Positions 1 through 9,364 are shown, counted from the first letter of the stretch. The stretch: DNA of 58,272 nucleotides from a virus (IMGVR_UViG_3300029448_000039:1-58272); one strand, 5' to 3'. The notes: generated from the letters alone by a model not told the origin. Numbers and translations are program-made.

Positions 1-385
1 AATTACGCTCAGAACAGTCAGGTTTAGTCGAAGAATTTGTTATTTTTAGATATGGAATACCACAATCTCTAGCTGGTGCAATGGATACAGAACAACTTGA
101 TTTAAATCAATCAGAACAATATATGATGCCTTTAAGTCAAGTTGGATTAGATAAAGATGAATTTTTATCTGCTGATGATGTATTTGAATTTGAAGATAGA
201 GGTGTTATTTATAATGGAAGAACAACTTTTCAAAAATTTATTGGGCAAGATATATCAGATTTTTTACAAGAAATATCATTGCAACAAGATGGAGTAGTGA
301 CAATAGAAGATTTACCTGAGGTTTTGAGAGAAGAATTTGATGGTAATTATACTGGTATAGATTTAGAAGGTAGAGTAGATATTCC
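1..385 (+). repeat. Terminal direct repeat, copy A (diverged)
   Basis: Matches 57885-58272. The first 68 nt and last 76 nt are identical; the middle has substitutions and a one-codon indel. Confidence 0.95.
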
Positions 386-3317
386 TGTAGGTTCTGATGC
401 GTTTAAACAGTATGACAGACAAATACCTCAAGCACTCGAAAAAGAAATGTTACAAAGTTTACCTGCTAATAAAAGAAAAGAATATCGACAAGATAGAAAA
501 TATTTATATTCTCGTGAATCTGGAGCTAAAATTATTAATGAAAATGAAATTTTAGATCAACCACAAGTAGAACCAACTGTAAGAGAGGCTCTTGGTAGTC
601 AAATTGAGAGTGGAAGAATAGCAGAAATTGACAGATTGACATCTAATGTTACTAATGCATTGAGATTTTTTCCTATAACAGAAGAAATGAGAAAAGAGTC
701 AACAAATTCTATGGCTTTAGGTTCTACTCAAGCTAGAAGAATGGCTGTAGTCAATTCTGGTAAAAAAGAAAGAGATAATTTATCTAGAAATATTAGAGAC
801 AGTATTTCTAATTTTGTTGGGAACAGTAAGATGTTTGATCCTTTATATGGTGTTCCTATGCAAAGAGATTACCTTTTGAATAGAGGTAGGGCACTAGGTA
901 TATTTAATCAAGCAGAACGCATAGCATTGAAGCTTAGAAAGGATATAGCACCTTATTTAGATAAAAATAATCCATTAAGAAAAAGCAACCATCAAGAAGT
1001 AAGAGCATTATTATTTAAATATTTAAGTACATCTCCTAAAAATGGAGAGTTGGCTTTGTATAAACAATTAAAAGATGTAAATCCTAGAATGGCAAAAACA
1101 GCTTTAGATGCTAAAGATATTATAGAAAGACTAGGACAACAGTTAGTAGAAGCTAATATTATTCCTGCCAGTTCTTTTGAGATAAATAAAAGATCTTATT
1201 TGCCTAGACTGTATATAGAGCATGTATTAAAAAATCCTGCTGGCGATGCTAGAAGTTATGCTAAGAAAAGAAAAGAAGATGCTTCAGATTCATTAACAGT
1301 AATTGATGAATTAGCTCCTGAGTTTTTGGTATCTAGAGCAATACAAAGACCAATGAGAGACTTAGCAATGCTAGAGTTTTATAACTCAATAGCAAAAAAT
1401 AGACAATGGACTCTTGATGGTGATTTGGCTGATGTTGAATATGATGGTAAAAAAGTTAGTTTTTTCTGGTTATATGAACAACAAAAACAATATAGAGAAA
1501 TAGCACAGTATTTAGATAGAGATCCTGAAAGAAAAGCAAAAATGCTAAAAGAAGCTGATGATATGTTAGTTGTTGCTAATCAAGCTAGAGATAGATATGC
1601 ACAAGAATATGATATTAGACCTGAAGATATATTTAACCAAGAACAAAGTGAATCTAGGTTTCAAGCACCTGAAGGATTTAAAAGAGTTCCTAATAACAGA
1701 TTGTATGGTCTTATGGCAGGTAAAGCAGTTAGGTCAGGTATATATGAAGATATAATATCATCTATAAGCTATACAGCTTGGGGTGATAATAATTATGTAA
1801 AAGCAGGTAAATTAGCTAGACAATTAACATCTACATGGAAGTTAATAAAAGTTCCATTGAATCCTCCAACAGTAGCAAGAAACGTGATGTCAAATGCAAT
1901 ACTAATGAATCTTTCTGGTATGCCTATAAGAAGAATAATGCCTAATTTTTATAAAGCTGTTAATGAAATGATAGCTTTTGGTAAAGGAGATATGGCTAAT
2001 TCTAAGCATTACAAAGCTTTGTTAGATAGAGGTGTAGCTGAAACTTCATTTACAGAAGCTGAATTGTTTAGATGGGCAGAAGATTTTAAAGAATTTACAA
2101 CAGAAAGATCAATAAATGAATTAGGTATTCTTTCTTGGTTGCATTTGAAAGGATGGAGAAGATTAGCTAACAAAGCTTCATTTTTATATCAAAACATAGA
2201 AGTTATGGGTAAAACTGCTATGGCAATAGAAATGATGGAAAATCAAAATAAAAATGCAGATGAAGCATATTTAATTGCTCAAGATGCATTGTTTGATTAT
2301 TCATTAGTATCTCCTACAGTTAGAGGATTAAGAACAAGTCCTATTGGTATTCCTTTCTTAACATTTATGTATAAAGTGACTCCTAAATTAATAGATGTTG
2401 CATTGAATAATCCATTTAGATTAGCACCTTACATGGCTATGGGATTAGCATTACCACACTTATTTATGCATATGTTTGATATTGATGATGATGATTATGA
2501 GAAGATAAAACAGTTATTACCATCTTATACAAATGACTTTGGAACTTTTCCTATACCTTATAGAGATGATGCAGGCAGAATGCAGTTTCTTGATTTAGGA
2601 TATATAATGCCACATGGTTTTATAACTCAACTTTTAGAACAAGCTTATAAAGCCAAAAAAACATTATCAGATGAGCCACAAGCAGAAGATTTTGATTTAG
2701 GAGAAATTTTAAGAACTTTAGGTTTATTTGGTGGCCCTGCATGGTCATTAGCAGGTTTATTTACTAATACAGATCCATTTTTGAAAAGAAATATAGCAAG
2801 AGAAGGTGAGCCTTTATTTATAGAAACTGATAAAGATTTTGATGTTTCGATACCCGGTATATTTAAGAAAGATGGTAAGGTAGTTAGTTATGTTCAATAT
2901 GCAATGAATCAGTTTTTCTTGCCTTCATTTTTACATACTGAGTATGGTGCAACAAATAGATTAATTAGTGCAGTGCAAGAATCTGGTGAAATAAATGATA
3001 AAAATAGACTTACTATTAATCAAGCACTTTTAAAGTTTATAGGTTTAAACATCTTTGCTATAGATCCTAAGCAAAATGAAATGGCAATAAAAATGCTAGA
3101 ACGAGAAGTTAATGATTTAAAGTCTGCTAGAAGAAGAATGGCAAGAGATAATAGTTTAAGTGTTCAGGATAGAAATACTAGAAAAAGTTCTTATGATGAA
3201 GCGATTTTAGATAGGAGAGAAAAAATATCATTCATGAAATCAAGATTAGAGTTATTTGATGCAGAAGATTCTGATTTAGTGGGTAAAGTAAAAAGCGATA
3301 AACAAAGGTCAAAATAA
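1..3317 (+). CDS. C-terminal part of giant virion/ejection (large polyvalent-like) protein, continuing in frame from 52499 across the circular junction
   Basis: The frame is open from position 3. Bases 1-385 correspond in frame to 57885-58272. The helical C-terminal region resembles the ends of large phage internal proteins. Confidence 0.8.
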   Translation, partial: LRSEQSGLVEEFVIFRYGIPQSLAGAMDTEQLDLNQSEQYMMPLSQVGLDKDEFLSADDVFEFEDRGVIYNGRTTFQKFIGQDISDFLQEISLQQDGVVTIEDLPEVLREEFDGNYTGIDLEGRVDIPVGSDAFKQYDRQIPQALEKEMLQSLPANKRKEYRQDRKYLYSRESGAKIINENEILDQPQVEPTVREALGSQIESGRIAEIDRLTSNVTNALRFFPITEEMRKESTNSMALGSTQARRMAVVNSGKKERDNLSRNIRDSISNFVGNSKMFDPLYGVPMQRDYLLNRGRALGIFNQAERIALKLRKDIAPYLDKNNPLRKSNHQEVRALLFKYLSTSPKNGELALYKQLKDVNPRMAKTALDAKDIIERLGQQLVEANIIPASSFEINKRSYLPRLYIEHVLKNPAGDARSYAKKRKEDASDSLTVIDELAPEFLVSRAIQRPMRDLAMLEFYNSIAKNRQWTLDGDLADVEYDGKKVSFFWLYEQQKQYREIAQYLDRDPERKAKMLKEADDMLVVANQARDRYAQEYDIRPEDIFNQEQSESRFQAPEGFKRVPNNRLYGLMAGKAVRSGIYEDIISSISYTAWGDNNYVKAGKLARQLTSTWKLIKVPLNPPTVARNVMSNAILMNLSGMPIRRIMPNFYKAVNEMIAFGKGDMANSKHYKALLDRGVAETSFTEAELFRWAEDFKEFTTERSINELGILSWLHLKGWRRLANKASFLYQNIEVMGKTAMAIEMMENQNKNADEAYLIAQDALFDYSLVSPTVRGLRTSPIGIPFLTFMYKVTPKLIDVALNNPFRLAPYMAMGLALPHLFMHMFDIDDDDYEKIKQLLPSYTNDFGTFPIPYRDDAGRMQFLDLGYIMPHGFITQLLEQAYKAKKTLSDEPQAEDFDLGEILRTLGLFGGPAWSLAGLFTNTDPFLKRNIAREGEPLFIETDKDFDVSIPGIFKKDGKVVSYVQYAMNQFFLPSFLHTEYGATNRLISAVQESGEINDKNRLTINQALLKFIGLNIFAIDPKQNEMAIKMLEREVNDLKSARRRMARDNSLSVQDRNTRKSSYDEAILDRREKISFMKSRLELFDAEDSDLVGKVKSDKQRSK

Positions 3318-3318
3318 A

Positions 3319-3753
3319 ATGAATATATCTCAAAATGGAATAGATTTAATAAAAGAGTTTGAAGGCTGTCGATTAGAGCCTTATTTGTGTGCAGCTAATG
3401 TTTTAACAATAGGATATGGTCATACGAAAGATGTTGTAGAAAATATGAGTATAACTGAGGATACAGCAGAAAGTCTTTTAAAAGATGATTTAAGAGTGTT
3501 TGAGGATGATGTTACTAGGTTAGTTGAAGTACCATTATTACAAAATCAATTTGATGCCCTCGTTTCATGGACATTTAATTTAGGTGCTGGCAACCTAAAA
3601 ACGAGTACAATGTTAAAAGTATTAAATGCTGGCGAATATAAAAATGTTCCAGAGCAAATGAAACGATGGAATAAAGCGAGTGGAAAAGTATTAGAAGGAT
3701 TGACTCGTAGGAGAGAAGCTGAAGCTTTATTATTTGAGAAAGGAGAAGCCTAA
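3319..3753 (+). CDS. Endolysin, GH24 lysozyme
   Basis: LIKEFEGCRLEPY..TIGYGHT, QNQFDALVSWTFNLG, GLTRRREAEA. Confidence 0.95.
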   Translation: MNISQNGIDLIKEFEGCRLEPYLCAANVLTIGYGHTKDVVENMSITEDTAESLLKDDLRVFEDDVTRLVEVPLLQNQFDALVSWTFNLGAGNLKTSTMLKVLNAGEYKNVPEQMKRWNKASGKVLEGLTRRREAEALLFEKGEA

Positions 3754-3754
3754 T

Positions 3755-3946
3755 ATGCAAAGGTCTACATTTAAAGAAGCATCCTTGATAAGAATAGAAG
3801 CACATGAAAAAGAATGCGCTATTCGATATGAATATATTGAAAGAAGATTAGAAGAAGGCGCACAAAGGTTTAAACGACTCGAAGCAATAATTTGGGGTGT
3901 ATATCCTTTTATTGTGGGTAGTATAATTTTGAGTAAATTTATATGA
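3755..3946 (+). CDS. Small coiled-coil protein with C-terminal TM helix (XhlA/holin-like)
   Basis: HEKECAIRY coiled coil plus a hydrophobic C-terminus; directly follows the endolysin. Confidence 0.6.
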   Translation: MQRSTFKEASLIRIEAHEKECAIRYEYIERRLEEGAQRFKRLEAIIWGVYPFIVGSIILSKFI

Positions 3947-4260
3947 GCCAAGAAAATATAAAAAAGAAAATAGAATTAGAAGTAGAAGTTGGTACTACAC
4001 ATGTTGAAAGAGGCATTAACCCATATCAAAAATGGATTCATTTAGCTAAAGCAGTAGATGCTTGGCGTATATTTCCTCGTATGTTTTTAAGTGTATATAT
4101 ATTTTTACTTTATTATTCAGTAATGTGGTTTATGGAATTACCAGAACCTAGTTTAGAACAATCTGGTTTAATTTCTATTATTGTTGGTGCAGGAGCAGCT
4201 TGGTTTGGTTTATACGCAGGTAGTTCTAGTTCTAGCAAGAACTTTAAAGGTGAAGAATGA
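3943..4260 (+). CDS. Putative holin, 2 TM
   Basis: DAWRIFPR followed by two hydrophobic segments; lysis context. Confidence 0.6.
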   Translation: MSQENIKKKIELEVEVGTTHVERGINPYQKWIHLAKAVDAWRIFPRMFLSVYIFLLYYSVMWFMELPEPSLEQSGLISIIVGAGAAWFGLYAGSSSSSKNFKGEE

Positions 4261-4463
4261 AGAAAATATTTCTTACTGAATTTACAAGTGATGGAAAAAG
4301 TTATGCAGGGCCAACTATATTGGCTGACAATTTTGCTGATGCTGAAAAAGAAGCAAAAAATTATGATGTAACTGTTGTTGGTTGTTTGGAAACAATAGTT
4401 GTTCCAGATAAAGAAGTTACTTCTTTTTATGAAGATGAAGAATGGAACAGGGTTTTACATTAA
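4257..4463 (+). CDS. Hypothetical protein
   Basis: ATGA-coupled to the upstream gene, 68 aa. Confidence 0.6.
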   Translation: MKKIFLTEFTSDGKSYAGPTILADNFADAEKEAKNYDVTVVGCLETIVVPDKEVTSFYEDEEWNRVLH

Positions 4464-4738
4464 TAGCTGAACTTGGTTTGCCTGTAGCAGGCGGTCTTGT
4501 TATGGCTTATTTTATATTTTTAATTATGAAACAATTAATGGATGGCTTAGTAAGCGAAATACAAACAGTACAAGCTATATCTAAAATGCTTATTACCAGA
4601 GCAGCAACAATGAATAATGACATGATACGCATTGATACAAGCGTTAGTAGTGCATTAGGTTTATCTCCTGATTTAGAAAGAATAGCTAGAAGTGAAAACT
4701 TTGTTGAAGATGGAAAGATAGATGCAAGACGAGATTAA
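4442..4738 (+). CDS. Single-pass membrane protein with coiled coil (paralog of 4904-5161)
   Basis: ELGLPV-TM...DMIR motif. Confidence 0.7.
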   Translation: MEQGFTLIAELGLPVAGGLVMAYFIFLIMKQLMDGLVSEIQTVQAISKMLITRAATMNNDMIRIDTSVSSALGLSPDLERIARSENFVEDGKIDARRD

Positions 4739-4904
4739 TTTACCTCCTATAGGCGATGCAGAAGCAGTTGTAGATGGTTTATTTGGTCTTATATACCTTT
4801 ACCCATCAGATTATTTAATTGTTTTTGGATCGTTAACTTTGTTTGCAGTTTATGGTTTATCAATTTATGCAGGAATAAAATATATACAAAAGAAGTTTAA
4901 GTAA
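4722..4904 (+). CDS. Small membrane protein
   Basis: Hydrophobic C-terminal half; TAATG-coupled to the next gene. Confidence 0.55.
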   Translation: MQDEINLPPIGDAEAVVDGLFGLIYLYPSDYLIVFGSLTLFAVYGLSIYAGIKYIQKKFK

Positions 4905-5161
4905 TGGATATTGTAAAGTTAGTTTCAGATTTTGGCTTTCCAATAGTTATGGTTGCAGGATTAGGTTACTTTGTTTATTTTGTGTGGCAAACAATTACTA
5001 ATAAAATAGATCCTGCTGTTCAAGAGATGAAGGTAACTATTATTAGACTTACCGATCAATTACGATTGCTTGATCAAGATATGATAAGGTTACAGCAAAA
5101 GGTAAATACAGTATTAGAACTAAAAGAAGAAAATAAACTTAAAGATGAGAATGAAAAGTAA
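4904..5161 (+). CDS. Single-pass membrane protein with coiled coil (YvrJ-like N-terminus)
   Basis: DFGFPIV-TM...DMIR motif. Confidence 0.7.
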   Translation: MDIVKLVSDFGFPIVMVAGLGYFVYFVWQTITNKIDPAVQEMKVTIIRLTDQLRLLDQDMIRLQQKVNTVLELKEENKLKDENEK

Positions 5162-5624
5162 TTGGCATTGGTTTTTTGGCATATATGTTTATGTAGCTTT
5201 GTTTTTATTGCTTCTTAACGTATACAGTAATGCAGATGAACTACTATTTAAATTTAAAAGTCCTAGCTTTTCAGGTCTTAACACTTCTTCACATTACTTA
5301 ACAATTGATTCACAAGAAGCAAGCAGAAGGCAAGCATTAAAAGATGAAATACAAGCATATCAAGATGATTTAGAAAGAGATGCTAGTAATACTACACTTG
5401 CCAGATTTATCAGAAACTTAGAATCTCGCATATATGCACAGTTATCTAGACAAATGGTAGAGCAACTATTCGGAGAAACACCACAAACATCAGGTAAACT
5501 AGAGCTAGAGGGAAATACAATAGAATATAATGTAGAGGAAGATGAACTTATTACACTTACGATTACATCAGAAGATGGTAGCCAAACTACTATATCCGTT
5601 CCTATTGGTGATTTTACTTTCTAG
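5145..5624 (+). CDS. csgF: Curli assembly protein CsgF-like
   Basis: Signal peptide then ELLFKFKSPSFSG (cf. CsgF MTFQFRNPNFGG), LARFIRNLESRI helix, C-terminal DGSQTTISVP. Confidence 0.85.
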   Translation: MRMKSNWHWFFGIYVYVALFLLLLNVYSNADELLFKFKSPSFSGLNTSSHYLTIDSQEASRRQALKDEIQAYQDDLERDASNTTLARFIRNLESRIYAQLSRQMVEQLFGETPQTSGKLELEGNTIEYNVEEDELITLTITSEDGSQTTISVPIGDFTF

Positions 5625-6375
5625 TTGTGCATCTAAAAATATGCTCGAAGGTGGCGGTGTACCAAACATTGTTATCAAAAATACATCTATATTAGAGTTG
5701 CAATCTGAAGAATTAAAAAATATAAAACCTGTAAAGCAAAAGCCTGTAGTAGCTATTTATCCTAATAGTTTTGTTGATTACACAGGACAGAGGAAAAGTA
5801 ATGGTCAATTTGCTTTATTTAGCACAGCAATAACACAAGCTCCAGATGCCTTTTTAATTCGCGCATTAAAGCATAGTGGAAATGGTAAGTTTTGGACAGT
5901 TGTAGAGCGTGTAGGATTAGATTCTTTGACTAAAGAAAGGCAAATTATAAGGTCAACAAGAGATTCTTTTGAAGAAGATAGCACTGTAAAACCTTTGATA
6001 TTTGCTGGACTTTTGATGCAAGGAGGTGTATTGAGTTATGATACTAATATATTATCTGGCGGTGCAGGTGCTAGATATTTAGGTATCGGCAGTAGTACAC
6101 AGTACCGAGAAGATCTAATAACAGTTAGTTTAAGATTAGTTTCTGTATCTACTGGTGAAATACTAATAGAAACTTCTGCACAAAAGAGTCTTTTGAGTGT
6201 TGCTATATCACAAGATATTTTTAGATTTTTGGATGAAGGACAAAGATTGATAGAGGTAGAAAATGGTAAAGCTCAAAATGAATCAACAAGTCTAGTATTA
6301 CAATTAGCAATAGAAGAATGTGTATTAGATATTATAAAACAAGGTATACAAAAAGGATACTGGAAATATGAATAA
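5575..6375 (+). CDS. csgG: Curli secretion channel CsgG-like outer-membrane lipoprotein
   Basis: Lipobox LLSSC; FVDYTGQRK, FSTAITQ, VVERVGLDSLTKERQIIR, GGAGARYLGIG, TVSLRLVSVSTGEIL. Confidence 0.92.
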   Translation: MVAKLLYPFLLVILLSSCASKNMLEGGGVPNIVIKNTSILELQSEELKNIKPVKQKPVVAIYPNSFVDYTGQRKSNGQFALFSTAITQAPDAFLIRALKHSGNGKFWTVVERVGLDSLTKERQIIRSTRDSFEEDSTVKPLIFAGLLMQGGVLSYDTNILSGGAGARYLGIGSSTQYREDLITVSLRLVSVSTGEILIETSAQKSLLSVAISQDIFRFLDEGQRLIEVENGKAQNESTSLVLQLAIEECVLDIIKQGIQKGYWKYE

Positions 6376-7102
6376 TAATTATAACAAAATGATTTATGGT
6401 ACTGTAATGCTTGCGTTTTTGTTTGCATATAGTTTGTCTTATTCTGATGATAATGAAATCTATGTAGATCAAGTAGGTGCAACAGCAAATATAGATTTAG
6501 AGCAGTTAGGTTCTGGAAACATTATAGGTGGTTTAAACAGTGCACATGGATCTATGAATCCATTTGATTTAGATGGTGCTACGATGACATTAGATGTCAA
6601 TCAAATTGGAAACAACAACAAAATGCTTGGTGACATTAATGCAGATACGTTTACTGGCATCTTTGACTTTGATGGTGATACTAACTCGTATACTATTCAA
6701 GTTGATCCCGGAAACGCTAATTCGGCAGACAACGCAAATGTAAATGTGAACGTGGATGGTAGTACAAATACCATGTCATTAGATTTGGCTACGAATGCTT
6801 TATCTAGTGGTGCAGATATAGACACTATAGTTCAAGGTTCAAGCAATACTGTTCATATTGATTTAGATGTAGATTCAGGTACAAATTATATTGATTTGGA
6901 CGGGGACAGTAACACTGTTGACTATAATGGAGATGGATATGCAGGTGTTTACTTTAAATTAGAACATGATGGATCAACAAGGAGTTTTGACATTGATCAA
7001 CAATCTACGCAAGACAATGATTGGCTGCGCGTACTTAGCAATGGTTCTGGTGGCAGCGTTTGCATTAATCAGTCGGACCAAGGTACTAGCACAAGTTGTT
7101 GA
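6368..7102 (+). CDS. Secreted curlin-like beta-solenoid protein (CsgA/CsgB-like)
   Basis: Signal peptide; repeated strand-(Q/D)-G-x-x-N arcs (DQVG, EQLGSGN, NQIGNNN, DGDTN, DGSTN, QGSSN, DGDSN); adjacent to csgG. Confidence 0.7.
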   Translation: MNNNYNKMIYGTVMLAFLFAYSLSYSDDNEIYVDQVGATANIDLEQLGSGNIIGGLNSAHGSMNPFDLDGATMTLDVNQIGNNNKMLGDINADTFTGIFDFDGDTNSYTIQVDPGNANSADNANVNVNVDGSTNTMSLDLATNALSSGADIDTIVQGSSNTVHIDLDVDSGTNYIDLDGDSNTVDYNGDGYAGVYFKLEHDGSTRSFDIDQQSTQDNDWLRVLSNGSGGSVCINQSDQGTSTSC

Positions 7103-8126
7103 TATAGGAAGCATTACAGAACTAAACGGAATTACTAGAGTTGTAAGAGATAAACCATACGAAAGTGCTATAGACTTTTCTTTGAACTCTATGGATCGCC
7201 TAGAAACTGCAAAAGGCAGAATGGGTGTTACATTTAGAGATGAAACTACAATACGACTTACAGAGCATTCTAATGTCATTATAGACGAGTTTGTTTTTGA
7301 TCCTAACCCTAGTAAGTCTAGTATGGCTTTAAACTTTGTAAAGGGCACCGGTAGGTTTATATCAAGCAAAAAGCCACGCATTCCTAAAGATAACATTACA
7401 ATTAGAACTCATTCTGCTGTAGTGGGCATAAGAGGCACAGACTTCACAATCACTGTAAAAGAAACAGGCGAGTCTTTAATAATTTTATTGCCTGACGAAA
7501 CAGGCGAAGCAAGTGGTGAAATTATAGTTTATACAGCTTTAGGTGAAGTAGTTCTTAACAAACCCTATGAGGCTACTACAGTATATAACTTAGAAAGTTC
7601 TCCAACTCCTTCGGTAATCTTAGATTTAACCTTAAATCAAATTGACAATATGCTTATAGTAAATCCTCCGCAAGAAAAAGAAACAGGAACCGATGAAGGA
7701 AATACATCTAGCTCTGCAAATATATTAGATACAGATTTTCTTGAGTTTGATGAACTAGAGCAAGATGCTTTAGATGCTGAATCGGAGCTTGAATATACTG
7801 AGCTTGACATTGATTATCTAGCAACTAATTTTTTAGAAGATTTACTTGATGTAATACAAGAAGTAGATGAATTAAGTAAAGCCTCTGGCTCTTTGGGTAA
7901 ACAAGGTGTAGAGGGAACAAGTATTGGTTACGATAGTAACACTCAGATATCTAGTTTTGTTAATGACTCTGAAGTTAAATTAATTAGACAAGTGCAAGAT
8001 AAGTTAGAGCTTAGAGTATCTAAAGATGCAAGCACAGCAATAAGAATTGATCAAGAAGGCAAAGTAAATCAGGTAAGAGTCAATGGAGGAACTGAGTCAT
8101 ATATCAATATTAAGCAAGGCACTTAA
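7017..8126 (+). CDS. FecR-domain protein with acidic linker (start uncertain, 7017 or 7041)
   Basis: DRLETAKGRMGVTFRDETTIRLTEHS, IRTHSAVVGIRGTDFTITV. Confidence 0.85.
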   Translation: MIGCAYLAMVLVAAFALISRTKVLAQVVDIGSITELNGITRVVRDKPYESAIDFSLNSMDRLETAKGRMGVTFRDETTIRLTEHSNVIIDEFVFDPNPSKSSMALNFVKGTGRFISSKKPRIPKDNITIRTHSAVVGIRGTDFTITVKETGESLIILLPDETGEASGEIIVYTALGEVVLNKPYEATTVYNLESSPTPSVILDLTLNQIDNMLIVNPPQEKETGTDEGNTSSSANILDTDFLEFDELEQDALDAESELEYTELDIDYLATNFLEDLLDVIQEVDELSKASGSLGKQGVEGTSIGYDSNTQISSFVNDSEVKLIRQVQDKLELRVSKDASTAIRIDQEGKVNQVRVNGGTESYINIKQGT

Positions 8127-8162
8127 TTTGATTAATTGTTTAAACATTATTAATATAAGAAG

Positions 8163-8387
8163 ATGAGAAACTATAGAAAAGAATACGATAATTATCAAAG
8201 TAGTTCTAAGCAAAAAAAAGATCGTGCAGGTCGGAATAAAGCTCGTAGAACTATGATAAAGGCAGGGAAGGTAAAGAAAGGTGATGGAAAAGACGTTCAT
8301 CACAAAGATCGCAATCCAAAAAACAACAACAAAAAAAATCTAAGAGTATTATCTAAATCTAAAAATAGGTCGTTTAAACGAAAATAG
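8163..8387 (+). CDS. Small basic HNH-like endonuclease
   Basis: GDGKDVHHKD.NP.NN...NLRVLSKSKNRS. Confidence 0.7.
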   Translation: MRNYRKEYDNYQSSSKQKKDRAGRNKARRTMIKAGKVKKGDGKDVHHKDRNPKNNNKKNLRVLSKSKNRSFKRK

Positions 8388-8395
8388 GTTATATA

Positions 8396-8575
8396 ATGGC
8401 TAAGAAAAAATCTACTGTAAACAAAGCAGGTAACTACACGAAACCGACAATGCGTAAACGTATCTTTAACAGGATAAAAGCAGGAACTAAAGGTGGAAAA
8501 GCAGGTCAATGGTCAGCAAGAAAAGCACAAATGTTGGCTAAAGCATATAAAAAAGCAGGAGGAGGCTACAAATAA
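8396..8575 (+). CDS. Small Lys-rich protein, 59 aa (DUF5872-like; below the ORF-track cutoff)
   Basis: Manual translation MAKKKSTVNKAGNYTKPTMRKR...KGGKAGQWSARKAQMLAKAYKKAGGGYK; TAATG coupling. Confidence 0.8.
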   Translation: MAKKKSTVNKAGNYTKPTMRKRIFNRIKAGTKGGKAGQWSARKAQMLAKAYKKAGGGYK

Positions 8576-8760
8576 TGGCTAAAGGTGTAAAACATTACAA
8601 AAAAGATGGAACTGAACATAAAGGTGGTATGCATAAAATGCCTAATGGTCAGCTTCATTCAAATAAATCTCATACTAAAACAAGTGTTAGACTTTTTCAT
8701 TTTGGAGAACTAAGTAAGAAAGCTAAGAAGAAGGCTATGACTCAAAGAAAGAAAGCATAA
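8575..8760 (+). CDS. Small Lys/His-rich protein
   Basis: HKMPNGQLHS motif; TAATG-coupled on both sides. Confidence 0.75.
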   Translation: MAKGVKHYKKDGTEHKGGMHKMPNGQLHSNKSHTKTSVRLFHFGELSKKAKKKAMTQRKKA

Positions 8761-9017
8761 TGGCACTCAAAAAGAGTCAAAAAAGCCTTAAAAAATGGAC
8801 AAAACAAAAATGGCGAACTCCAAGCGGAAAAAAATCATCTGAAACTGGAGAGGTTTATGCTCCTTCTGCAAAGATAAAAAAGCTTAAATCAACTCCTGCT
8901 GGCAGGAGAAAACTAGCACAAGCCAACAAAAAGAAGAGAGAGGCTACTAAAAAAGGCAAACAACACGCTAGACATGGCTTGCACAAGAAAAAAACCACTA
9001 GAAGGAAGAAGAGATAA
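8760..9017 (+). CDS. Small Lys-rich protein
   Basis: QKSLKKWTKQKWRT..GEVYAP; TAATG-coupled. Confidence 0.75.
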   Translation: MALKKSQKSLKKWTKQKWRTPSGKKSSETGEVYAPSAKIKKLKSTPAGRRKLAQANKKKREATKKGKQHARHGLHKKKTTRRKKR

Positions 9018-9328
9018 TGGCTAAAAAGAAAGATCCTAGACTCGCAAGAGCAGGTGTTTCAGGTTTTAACAAGCCTAAGCGTACTCCAAGTCATCCTAAA
9101 AAATCACACATTGTTGTAGCCAAAGAAGGCGATAAGGTAAAAACGATTCGCTTCGGACAACAAGGTGTTAAGACAAATCAAACAGCAGGGCAAAGAAAAG
9201 CGTTTAAATCTAGACACGCTAAAAACATAAAAAGAGGAAAAATGTCCGCAGCGTTTTGGGCGAATAAAGTAAAATGGAGTCCTAGTAAGACTAAATCTCC
9301 TTCAAAAAAATGGAAAAAAGGATCATGA
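9017..9328 (+). CDS. Small Lys-rich protein
   Basis: KTIRFGQQG...FKSRH...SAAFWANKVKW. Confidence 0.75.
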   Translation: MAKKKDPRLARAGVSGFNKPKRTPSHPKKSHIVVAKEGDKVKTIRFGQQGVKTNQTAGQRKAFKSRHAKNIKRGKMSAAFWANKVKWSPSKTKSPSKKWKKGS

Positions 9329-9364
9329 TAGTAGTCTTTAAGCTACTTCTGAAGCCAACTTGCA

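Noticed and set aside
1-385. Diversity-generating retroelement (TR/VR pair) as the cause of the diverged end copies
   Set aside because: Differences are not confined to adenines of one copy (C/G and T/C changes and an indel occur), and no reverse transcriptase is encoded.
81-3317. Stand-alone 1078-aa gene starting at 81
   Set aside because: The frame is open upstream and continues from the window end, so it is the C-terminus of the gene starting at 52499.
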